Shown piece by piece: positions 49,206-59,202 of a DNA stretch of 64,000 bases. The number at the start of each line of letters is the position of its first letter. Within the stretch, counting starts at the first letter, position 1. The notes under the pieces are model-generated. The model worked only from the letters and a program-made list of their open reading frames with translations. It had not been told where the DNA came from and made no database searches. The DNA lies in NCBI GenBank assembly GCA_965218095.1, contig OZ244587.1, forward strand, positions 2,080,001 to 2,144,000, in the 5' to 3' direction. This stretch comes from Candidatus Poribacteria bacterium. GTDB taxonomy: Bacteria; Poribacteria; WGA-4E; PCPOR2b. Both the position numbers and the translations under genes were made by a program.

Positions 49206-50406
49206 TTACTGTCCCGCTACAAACGGAGTACGGGGGAAAGACATCAGCAGTTCTGGGCCCTCCTCGGTCACATGACACACATCTCCGAGTGGAACGAACA
49301 TCACCCCCGAACCGGGTAAAGAGAAAGTGGCGTGAACAACAGCGGTTGTACCCGCCTTGAGGGGCGTCTCGTTACTTTCAGTCATGTTCGGGCGCTCACT
49401 GTAGTCCAAACCGATCCCGTGTCCAATCCGTCCGCCTTGGATTTCCCAACTGTGTTCTGCCGCCTTTTCCCTTATCGTCCTAGCGATGTGGCCCACCGGG
49501 GTACCCGGTTTCATTACTGCCAAACCCGCTTCCTGGGCCTCTTGGGTAATTCCACAGATCCGTTCTAGCTCGGCACAAGGCCTTTGAAGCACTCCTGTAA
49601 TAACCCTTGTAAACTACATAGGAACAAGCCGCCATCAGGTCTCCTTCCTCCAACACACGCATGTGGGGTTTCACTTCAAGTTTTACATTCGACCAGTCAG
49701 GTGGCGGCCCCGAAGCCAACCAGTATTTAGCGTGATCGGCGCCCTCTCTGCGGATGGCTCTTTCCATTTCCGCAACGATCTCAATGCCTCGAAGACCCGG
49801 TTTGGCTGTCTTGAGCATCGTCTCGAACCCTAGGTCGCTCAGACGGGCTGCATGCCTCATCATTCCGACTTCATCGGGGCTCTTGGCGTATCGCAGTTCC
49901 GCAACAATATCCCTTACAGGTTTGAACTTTTCGCCGAGCCCTTCAGATAAGCTTTGGTAGAAAAGGGTGGGGATGTTTTCAATACCAACGACCCCAATAT
50001 CCTTTCCTCCGAGTCCATTCTCTTGAAGAATTGCCAGTGCTTCCTCGGTAAAACTGCGGGGAGCGCCGCTTTTTCTCGGATCGACAGCCACAGCATTGGG
50101 GTCAATAGCTCCCACCAACCGAACATCGTCAAGGGACGAGACCTCCAGGGCCAGTTCACGCATATAGGGCATCCCTGCAAACAGCAGGACCGGGGCGCCC
50201 TGGCGGGGAACGACAGCGGCCGAATCGACAATGCGGTCATGGTCTGCCCATCCGGATAGATAGGACACATGGCCAGTTTGGCCCCACTTGTGCTCCATTG
50301 GCGGCGAATAGACAAACAGAGCCCCCAGACCTTCCTCCTCTAAGAATTGTTGAATCTTCTCAAATCGAAGCTGATAAATCTCATTTGAAACTCTCTGAGT
50401 TGACAT
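49206..50406 (-). pseudogene. M24 (Xaa-Pro peptidase/creatinase) family, frameshifted
   Basis: LRYAKSPDEV in 5' ORF; GRIGHGIGL..E.P in a second frame; shift near 49595. Confidence 0.8.
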
Positions 50407-50430
50407 AAAACCTCCTTCTTGCTATTATAT

Positions 50431-50817
50431 GTATTGGTCAATAACATGTTAAATACGGCGAGATTCACTGGAAATTATACGAATTATGGAGAGCGTGACA
50501 TTTCCATTATTCCCATAATCCGCAGTGAATTGAGTTTATCAGTTCATTTTCCTGCAAGATGTATTTGACCATTATACTTCTTGTTATTACACTTTGCAAC
50601 AGCATAAACACCGTTTTGGGTTGTCATTCTGAATAGCAACCTTTATATCTATACTATCACTAAACCTGTGAGAACCCGCATCGGAATTGGACGGTTAATC
50701 TCGCAAGAGTACACGCCTTCAAAAGTTCATTGAACTTTTGAACCCTTGACTCAACTTGCTGGTCGTTTTCTTGATACGCCAAATCGAATAGATTTTCTTA
50801 CGTCTTTAGTGATGATA
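50431..50817. mobile_element. Two adjacent MITE-like remnants
   Basis: TATTGGTCAATAACAT (~50432) vs inverted ATGTATTTGACCATTA (~50559); TACTATCACTAAACCTGTGAGAA (50652) vs inverted TTCTTACGTCTTTAGTGATGATA (50795-50817). Confidence 0.5.
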
Positions 50818-50854
50818 CACTATACCTTTCAAAAAACGCATCTCGGAACTGAAA

Positions 50855-51811
50855 CTACCTTTTGGGGCGCTTCACCTGGGTAAATTGGAAATCCGGTCCT
50901 TTCGTATAAGTTGCCCCAAGGCCCAGTCCCCAATCATACGGACCTGGGCCGGCTTGCTCTTCAGCCCACGCCTTTAGCGGAACACTATCCCAGTCGTCGG
51001 TAAACCAATATTGCGACGACGGTGCGTGAATCGGATCTTTGCCCATCGGGTGTCCACCGTCGCCTATTGCCCCCAGCAACTGTCGCCGGATTGGCGAACT
51101 GCGGGCGATTAGCGCTGCATTCTGTTCATAATAACCGCTTGGTCGTATCCATCTGGGTGTGTAGCTGATATACATTGCCTTGCGGACGCTCTTTGAGCGG
51201 TTTGGGGTCACACTGTGCAAGAGCGTAGGTTGCCATAGCATGGCGCTGCCGGCTGGCACTCGCAATTCAAAGATTTCCTCAGGCTCTAGCCACGACTCCC
51301 AGGTGGCGCGTTGCTCTCGGGTCCACTTGTAGCTCCCCGGCACGAGCAGAATCATGCTGTGACCGGGCTCGGTGTGATCGGAAATGTACCAGCCGACTTT
51401 GAAATCCAACAGCGGCATCCGGCTGTCTACAGTCGTGCCGGCAAATTCTTCTTCGTAATCGAAATGCCATCCTAGCGACAGGATGTCCGGATCTGCGTCG
51501 TCGGGCAGCGGCAATTTATAGTCAAAAACGCTATCGCGATTCTGAATGTTCCAGCCCACGGCATCTACGACCAACGGCAGGATCTTGGGATGGTCGAGCA
51601 GATCCAAGATGGCCTCGTGGCATGCCAGCCCATTGCGCCTGCTTACACTGTCATTGGGACCCAAGCCACGCTCCTGGCGAAGCTGGTCCGCTACCTCGTC
51701 CATTGCGGCCGACACCCGTTCTAGCTCCGGCTGGGTCAGTACACGCTCTAATACCGTGAACCCCTGTTCGTTGAGCTCATCTCTCTGTTGGTCGGTCATG
51801 GCTATAGGCAT
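50855..51811 (-). CDS. Phytanoyl-CoA dioxygenase (PhyH) family protein
   Basis: GWHFD, VPGSY, LLHSVTPN.S..R. Confidence 0.82.
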   Translation of the reverse strand: MPIAMTDQQRDELNEQGFTVLERVLTQPELERVSAAMDEVADQLRQERGLGPNDSVSRRNGLACHEAILDLLDHPKILPLVVDAVGWNIQNRDSVFDYKLPLPDDADPDILSLGWHFDYEEEFAGTTVDSRMPLLDFKVGWYISDHTEPGHSMILLVPGSYKWTREQRATWESWLEPEEIFELRVPAGSAMLWQPTLLHSVTPNRSKSVRKAMYISYTPRWIRPSGYYEQNAALIARSSPIRRQLLGAIGDGGHPMGKDPIHAPSSQYWFTDDWDSVPLKAWAEEQAGPGPYDWGLGLGATYTKGPDFQFTQVKRPKR

Positions 51812-52034
51812 CTAATTACCCTCCACTTTTTTCGCGGGTGGGTCCTGCGTCGTTGTTTGCGGATGTTTCCATTTAGATATTCCTATCGTCTAACGTTTTA
51901 GGCAATGGGCAAAGTTTTGCTACTCAATCGAAGCTATACCACGCCAAATTTTGTCCTTGCCCTGTTATGCGAAGTACCCCGAATCAACCTTTCAAAGCTG
52001 TTTCCCTTTTTTTTGCAAAATGATGATTTTCCTC

Positions 52035-52065
52035 TTGGCTCTTCCCCAAGGATAGGGGCTATACT
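52035..52065 (+). promoter_or_regulatory. MerR-type promoter with 19-bp spacer (probably leaderless)
   Basis: TTGGCT-19 nt-TATACT, ATG 6 nt downstream. Confidence 0.5.
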
Positions 52066-52071
52066 GAAGCT

Positions 52072-52746
52072 ATGAACAAAGATAAACAACATTTACTCTT
52101 TATCGGTAGGTTCGCAAAAGCCTCATACCTCTCATTGAAAGCACTGAGGCTTTACGATCAAAAAGGCATCTTAAAACCTGCACACATTGCCCCGGAATCG
52201 GACTACCGCTATTATCGGATTGAGCAACTAGATATTGCAAGATTAATCCCATACATGCGCCAAATGGAAATGCCTTTGGTCATGATCCAGCAGATCCTCT
52301 TGGCAGATCCTGACGAAGTAGGAGAAATATTGAGGGATTATTTACAATCCTGTGAACGTCGAGTTGAAGTCGTTCGCAGAACCATCCGAAGTTTAATTTC
52401 TCACCTGAGAAACGAGGAGGTAACACCTATGTCATTTGAAGTAGACGTGAAAGAGGTCACTCCCCAACAGATCGTTAGTATCAGCAAACATGTATACATC
52501 GGGCAACTTGATAGTCATATTAGGGGGAGCATCAATTTTCTCAAAGAGTTCGTCAAAAGGCAAGATGGCGAAATCGTTGGGCCGTCGTTAGGCATTTATC
52601 ACGCTCCTGTTAACCAGGAAGATTCGGTAAAAAAGTCAAGCAAGGTAAACGCACCGAGATCAGAAATCTTCATATCAATTTGCAATACATCGTACAAGAT
52701 AGGAGTAATTCATTCAGGAGCCTGGATGGCGTACAGGGCATCATAG
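52072..52746 (+). pseudogene. MerR-family regulator (BmrR-like), C-terminally truncated
   Basis: IGRFAK..SLKALRLYD..GIL.P..YRYY HTH; GyrI-like domain breaks after GIYH (~52625) and the ORF runs into the convergent gene. Confidence 0.72.
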
Positions 52747-53993
52747 CTGCGAAGGAAAACCCTGCCGTTGGAAATCACGGGCGAGGCAGAAATCTCCTCA
52801 CCAATGTCGTTGGAGGCGAGAATTTCAAACTCCCGTCCAGCCTTGACCACGGTCACGACACCGTCTCTCGCTGCTAGGTAGATCTTGCCGTCAGCGGAGA
52901 CGGGCGATGCACGGTGCCGATGGCGGTGTGTTCGTTCTTTGTACACTTCGTCGCCAGTTTTGGCATCCATGCAGATTAGATCGCCGTTCTCCCGGCAGAG
53001 ATAGATAAGCCCATCATGGATGAGGGGTGAGGGCACGTCCGGTGTGCCACGGGGTCGCGTCCAGAGATGCCCCTGCTCAGAGTTAGTTATATCTCCCTTC
53101 GCGTCCGGGCTGAGTCCGAGAACCGATCCATTCTTCGCGGAGGGAACAACGATGAGGCCGGGGGTCGCTACAGGCGAGGCAACAAACCGTAGAGATGGGT
53201 TGTAGCTATCATAAGGATTGAGACCGCCGCAGCGCCAGATCTCCCTTCCGTCGTCGAGTCTGTGGGCAGTGATGTAGTCGGCGCCGTGAACGAGCAGAAA
53301 TTCCCGTGTTCCGTCACGATAGAGGAAAGGTGAGGCGTAGGAATGTTCACACTCTGCGTAGGCGTCGCTCTTACGCTCGTGCTTCCAGATCTCGCGCCCG
53401 GTGGCTTTGTCCAACGCGAGGACAAGCCATGCATTGCTGTGTATCAACTGAAGGTAGAGTCGGTCGCCATCAAGGAGCGGCGTGGATGCCATTACAAAGT
53501 AGAGCTTGAAGTGTCCATACCGTTCTTGCAGATTGGTCCTCCAGACCTTGGCACCTTCGAAGTTGTAGCAGGCGAGGTCACCGGTGCTGACAAATGCCCA
53601 GACATCTCGGCCGTCGGTTGATGGTGAGGGAGATGCGGAGTTTCCTTCGCCGCCGCGGACAACACGGTTGCCGCTCCCCAAGGTACGCTTCCACAAGATC
53701 TTCCCTTCGGTACTGACGCATAGCAGTACCAGCTCATCCCCTTCGGCTGAAGTCAAGAAGATACGGTCTTCCCACACAACAGGCGTGGCGCCAGCGGGAC
53801 CGGGAAGCGGAAGCCGCCAAAGGATGTTTTCGGTTTTGCTCCACTTGACCGGCAAGTTGGTTTCGGGGCTGGTCCCATCATTGCGGGGACCGCGCCAATG
53901 TGGCCAGTTTTCCGCAACAGCGGATCCCACTGTGGTGAGGAGAACGATGCCAAATACCACAATTGACCAATATTTCATCAGTTTTGTAATCAC
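52710..53993 (-). CDS. PQQ-like beta-propeller repeat protein (secreted)
   Basis: Signal peptide, ENWPHWRGP, repeated SP/W motifs; start uncertain (GTG 53993 or ATG 53978). Confidence 0.88.
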   Translation of the reverse strand: MITKLMKYWSIVVFGIVLLTTVGSAVAENWPHWRGPRNDGTSPETNLPVKWSKTENILWRLPLPGPAGATPVVWEDRIFLTSAEGDELVLLCVSTEGKILWKRTLGSGNRVVRGGEGNSASPSPSTDGRDVWAFVSTGDLACYNFEGAKVWRTNLQERYGHFKLYFVMASTPLLDGDRLYLQLIHSNAWLVLALDKATGREIWKHERKSDAYAECEHSYASPFLYRDGTREFLLVHGADYITAHRLDDGREIWRCGGLNPYDSYNPSLRFVASPVATPGLIVVPSAKNGSVLGLSPDAKGDITNSEQGHLWTRPRGTPDVPSPLIHDGLIYLCRENGDLICMDAKTGDEVYKERTHRHRHRASPVSADGKIYLAARDGVVTVVKAGREFEILASNDIGEEISASPVISNGRVFLRSYDALYAIQAPE

Positions 53994-54066
53994 AGCGATG
54001 TGCCCTCCAAATTCTATTGTGTGAAATAATACCTGATACACGCTCCAGGCGCTACTAGTCTGTCTA

Positions 54067-54498
54067 TCAAGCGTTATTTCTCCATTCCTTTCTGTGCTGG
54101 TTTCTTCCTGCCCTTTGCGAATCTACGGAGATTGTTTTCGCGATATACGACAAGAATTTCTCCCGAAGATAACATGACTGCGCCGGGAAATGCTCTGTTG
54201 TGGGCATTGCCGCCAGCAATCGTGAAGTGTCGAATTGCTTTGAACCGGTCGCGCATTCCAGGGACGTCCGGCCGTAAGCCATGTCAATACAGAATTGCCC
54301 TCTGAAACGGATGTCCAAACGCGTATACTTTCCCTTAAAGTTTTCCTCCGCAACGCGGTTAATCTGCTGCTCCACATCACGTTTGACCGCATCTGGGATT
54401 TTTACTCCACCTGAGTCCGGATCAAAAACCCACTGTTTACGTCGTGCCATAACTTCCTCCAATATGTTCGCTGAAATTTCAATTTGCTTGTTATACAT
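54067..54498 (-). pseudogene. Chimeric/degraded hypothetical gene fragments
   Basis: Conserved-looking N-terminus ending LDIRFRGQFC, then an unrelated sialidase-like fragment (AFPG..L.SGEILVVYRE) in another frame. Confidence 0.4.
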
Positions 54499-54758
54499 TA
54501 TGGGGTTATCCTCAACCGACGCCGCATCTCCTCACTCGATATTCCACCCTCCGCTTCTTGACGAGCCCGTGACTGTTCAATAAGTGCAAGAAACTCTGGA
54601 TCTGTACTCAACGCAATCGTTTCTAAATCCGCGTTTTCTAGTGCTATCGAAGCAGCGATTGGTTTGCCATTGACTGTGACAACCACAGGTTCTGTACTCA
54701 CCTGCCCTGTATATTCAGCTAAACTTGCCTTCGCCTCTGCTTGCTCTATAGTCTTTAT
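54498..54758 (-). CDS. Phd/YefM-family antitoxin
   Basis: IKTIEQAEAKASLAEY..EPVVVTVNGKPIAA; expected start codon reads ATA (possibly degenerate). Confidence 0.7.
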   Translation of the reverse strand: MKTIEQAEAKASLAEYTGQVSTEPVVVTVNGKPIAASIALENADLETIALSTDPEFLALIEQSRARQEAEGGISSEEMRRRLRITP

Positions 54759-54949
54759 AAGTCTATTACCTTGTTTTCCCGAGTAGTGACCTATTGATAG
54801 GAGCGGCTATCGCTTTCAGCGCGACGATAGATGGCGAGACTCAGCCAGGGGCTGAGTTGAAAGTGATTCTCTTTGTACTAGGGAGTGCTAGAAACTGTCT
54901 GTGAGTCAATGCTTCACTGACAGTTTCTAGGTCATAACTTCAATTTCGG

Positions 54950-55801
54950 TTAATGATAAATAAACAACGGAATACCTGCCTGCGCCACAAGGGATTTGGT
55001 TACACTCCCGAAGACGAACTCCGACACACTTCGTCTCCCATACGCCCCCATGACAAGCAGATCGATTTCATGTTCTCGGATGTAGGACAGAATCACTTCA
55101 TCTACCCTGCCTCTCAAGTGGACCTTCTCTAGCTGTACCCTATATCTACCAAAGTAATCGCCGAGTCTGTCGAGCAACCGTTTTCCACGATTCGCATCAT
55201 TGTTGATATTCAGGAGGGTGATGTCGCACTGATTCCAGATGTGAAGCAGCAGAAACATCTGAATGGCTTTGGTGACTTGGACGCTGTTATCATAAGCAAC
55301 AAGCACTTTTTTAATCTCCCTGACAGAATCGGGCACTGCAAAGACCGCCGTCAACCCCTTATGGAGAATTCGATGCAAGGTGTTACCCGATTCGTGTCTG
55401 ATGCTATACCGAAAAAAGGTCTTCTGCCCGATCATAATAAAATCGTGGAATTTTGACTCTTCGATAATTTCCCGAAATGGGCTACCTGTCTCTGAATGGA
55501 TTGTGTGGCGAATCTTTTTCTCCTGACAGGTTTTCTCAAAGTCTTTAAGGATTTCACCGACCATCTCCTGCGTCTCCTTGAGGTGGTGTTGCTCAGAAAG
55601 TTCATCGTAGCGCATCGCTCCGATCGGCGCGGGACCGCCTGAACGTAGGATACCCGGCAGATCGATTACCCCGATGCCGGTCAGTGAGGCGTTATGTTCA
55701 AGAGCGATTTGCGTGGCATATTCGACCGCCGCCTGAGAATAACTTGAACCGTCGAGACACACAAGGATTTCCGCAAAACTCAAAGGATTTCTGAGGGGCA
55801 T
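54950..55801 (-). CDS. Tandem-domain universal stress protein
   Basis: ILVCLDGS, VLVAYDNS, DLLVMGAYG..FGSVT. Confidence 0.88.
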   Translation of the reverse strand: MPLRNPLSFAEILVCLDGSSYSQAAVEYATQIALEHNASLTGIGVIDLPGILRSGGPAPIGAMRYDELSEQHHLKETQEMVGEILKDFEKTCQEKKIRHTIHSETGSPFREIIEESKFHDFIMIGQKTFFRYSIRHESGNTLHRILHKGLTAVFAVPDSVREIKKVLVAYDNSVQVTKAIQMFLLLHIWNQCDITLLNINNDANRGKRLLDRLGDYFGRYRVQLEKVHLRGRVDEVILSYIREHEIDLLVMGAYGRRSVSEFVFGSVTKSLVAQAGIPLFIYH

Positions 55802-56257
55802 TGGCAACCTCCGATCTAAATTGACATACACTGAACAATCCGTTTCTCTTAAACTCCTTTGGCTTCTGTTAAGAAATTGTGCAAAGAAACCAAGTTTTTC
55901 CGAAAAACTCGGGGTTTCCAGACAACTTTGCACCTTCTTTTGACATGCCCCAATGGTATTATTATTAGAGCGATTTAAAGCTAAATATAACATATCATCA
56001 ATGGAATATCAACAGGAAATGCGTTTCGCTCGCAGGGGGATGTATGCTTGCTTGACTGGTTCGGGAAAGAAGTTATTAGCTATCACGTGAATGATAAGAT
56101 TCCGGGCAAATTGGCCAGGGTGTTGCACGCGGAAAGACAGAACAACTTTACGCCAAAAAATTAGTCTTGCCGGGAACATCCGTCGAGAATCTGCGTCATA
56201 ATAGGTGTATACTTGGCGGTTACACGACAATCCAACACTTGACACCCGGAGGTTCTA

Positions 56258-59040
56258 ATGGCGCAAAGTGACGCGGAACTCATAAAGCGAACGTTGGAGG
56301 GCGATGACAACGCATTCGGCTTTTTGGTGGATAAATACAAGGGCGCTGTCCACGCCCTCGCCTACCGCAAAATCGGGGACTTTCACATCGCAGAAGACAT
56401 TACGCAGGACACCTTCCTCAAGGCATATCAGAAACTATCAACGCTGAGGCACTATGCTCATTTCCCAGGCTGGTTGTATGTGATTGCGGCGCGGTGCTGT
56501 ATCTCCTGGCTTAGAGAAAATCAGCACCCAACTCAATCTCTCGACCAGGTAGCGGCACAGATCGAGGCATCGGCTCAAAGAAATATGCTAATGATCGTTT
56601 GCGTAAGGGAGTCCAGGATGCGCTTGAAAGCCTACCTGAAAGTGACCGGACCGTTCTGACGCTACACTATCTGGGTGGAATGACCTACGAGAAGATTAGT
56701 CGTTTCATCGGCGCTTCAACCGGCGCTATCAAGAACCGTCTCTATCGCGCTCGACACCATTTCAAGGAGGAGATAATGAAAATGATACATCAAACTTGGG
56801 GGGCTTTCCAGCTTCCACCGACATTCACACAGCAACTGGTTGAAAATATCTGCCATCTTAGGCCAACAGCAACACCGAACGGCAAACCGCTGGTGCCCTG
56901 GATTACCGCGATAACGCTGGGCGTGGCGACGCTGTTTATCGCGGCTGGCATGTTAGCGACATCGCAATTCCAGCAACCTTATTCCCTCAATGCACCCGCC
57001 CCGACGAAGATGGTCGAATTGACGGATACCTCAATTATTGATACTCCCTTGCAGAAGCCACGGCTTCCAAATCACTTTGATGGAGATAGAAGTCCTGCTT
57101 TGGCTCTCGCAGCCGGCGAGGACGATACGGCGCAGACAGAGAATCCGCGAGGAAACATTTCTGGACAGGTTATCTATGCTGGCTCAGACAAACCTGCCGC
57201 TAACGTACCAATTCGCGCTGCTGGTATGGAGCCGGGTATGGGAGAGGAACCTATCACACACACGGGTATGGATGGTACGTATACCTTGAAGGATCTTATC
57301 GTCGGACCATACGTTGTCATGGTTGGTGATACTTGGGAGTGGCACGAAACTTTTGCTTGGCGTGCTCGCGCTCAGGAAGGTATTCATGTGAAAGCCGATA
57401 ACGTATATACTGGAGTGGATTTCTTATTGACGCCGGGGGCGTTTGTAGAAGGCAAAATCACAGACGGTGACACAGGCGAACCTGTAGCAGGGATACAGAT
57501 CCAGGTTTACGACGCCACGCATCCACCGACTCAGGGCGTGGGACATTGGCTCAAAACTGGTACAAATGGGCGCTATCGCTTCCGTGTGGCGCCCGGACAA
57601 GTAGGTATTTCTGCTGGCCCAACCAATACCAGCGCAGAATATTACTTTGCATATCCTGAGGGGGAATATAGAGGGGAAATCGTGGAGGGTGAAACGATTT
57701 CTGACATTGATTTTGTCTGTTATCGTGGGTATACCATACACGGCACTGTCCAGACAGCAGATGACGAACCGATGGTGGGAGCATCTGTCCGTCTGGCTAT
57801 GGACACTGGATTTAGCCGTTACACGCAGACGGATGAACGAGGACAATTTAGGCTCAACGGTGTATCTAGCAGTATAAATGAGGTAATCATAGATGCCGCA
57901 CATGATCTCCTACACGGACAAGGAACTTGGTCGAAAGGGCAAACAAACCCCGTCGTAATTACAGTTGCTCAGCGAATCACTGCTACTATTGTTGGTCAAG
58001 TGATCGACGAGAGTGGCAAACCAATTGCTCACGCCGACATTGGATTGGGTTGGGAGGAGGGGTACGGTGGGAGAACAACCACTTCGCCGATTGCAGAAAC
58101 AGATTCAGAGGGAAACTTCACCGTGGGGCCGACATTCCATGGAGTGTGGTGGTTGGAGGTTGGCAGAGTCTATCAGGTTTATGCGAAAGCAGCCAACTAT
58201 GGAAAAACCTCATCCGAATGGTTCACTCTGCAGGAAGGTGCTAATAACGTTCCAAACCTTGTATTGCCAAAGGCAGAATACTTCATCGCCGGACAGGTTG
58301 TCGACTGGCAGGGTCAACCTATCGGTGGAGCATCTGTGTTCGCTGAAGGTCCTCACACAGGAGCAAACAGCATCACTGATTCGGCGGGAAAATTTCGCCT
58401 GAAGAATATTGCTGATGACCGTGTACGCGTGTATGCATGGGATGCAGCTTATCCTCCCTCTAATGATAAAGCCCAATTCGAGGCAAACCGAGAAGACGTG
58501 CAACTGGTCTTGCCTCCCAATAAACCAATGTTAATAGATGACGAAGGCAACACAATAGAGTTTGGTTCTTTCCCGCATCCGCTGGAGGGCAAATCTGTAC
58601 CTGAGTTGAAGGTTGACCGTTGGTTCAATACCGAACCGATAGCGCTGGAATCGTTGCACGATAAGGTTGTTGTCCTAAATTTTTGGTCAAGCTTTGTCAA
58701 CTCGGAATCTTGCGCTGTCTGGTTCTCTGCGCTTAATCGTATCCACGACCAATATAGCGATAAAGGGGTTATCGTAATCGGGGTGCATACTTCTGCCGAT
58801 CTCAAACATCACACCAATATCCAAGGAACTGTTGACCAAGAACAAATTAGATACCCAGTCGGAATTGCCACAAAAGATTCGCGGGATGAATTCGGTGCTA
58901 CGTTCAAAGACTACTCAGTTGACTACTCAGTTGGATCTATTCCAACAATTTTATTCGTGGACAAGGCGGGTAAGATTCGATATCTGTTCCTAATCGGACA
59001 ATCCCTTGAGGCAAAGGTGCTGGCGTTGTTGAAGGAGTAA
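56258..59040 (+). pseudogene. ECF sigma factor fused to TM, carboxypeptidase-regulatory-like repeats and TlpA-like thioredoxin domain; split by one frameshift
   Basis: Region 2 (AEDITQDTFLKAY..F.GWLY) in ORF 56258-56659; region 4 (ALESLP..R..L.LHY..MTY..I..KNRLYRAR) in the -1 frame ORF 56599-59040; G.V.D..G.P repeats; KVVVLNFW. Confidence 0.8.
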
Positions 59041-59202
59041 CCTGATAAATATATACCATTACCCAAAACTTCTAACTCTAAGTGTCAGGGTGCTGATAAG
59101 GTGCGCGTGAACATGGTTTACACGCTATCTCAATCTATCGTCGTCAAACGGACTCGGAGGCTGTTGCAAGGTTTGACCGGAGACAAAACGTAGCCGCCAA
59201 GT

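Noticed and set aside
58909-58933. 12-bp tandem duplication GACTACTCAGTT (DYSVDYSV)
   Set aside because: Simple in-frame slippage duplication with no further pattern.
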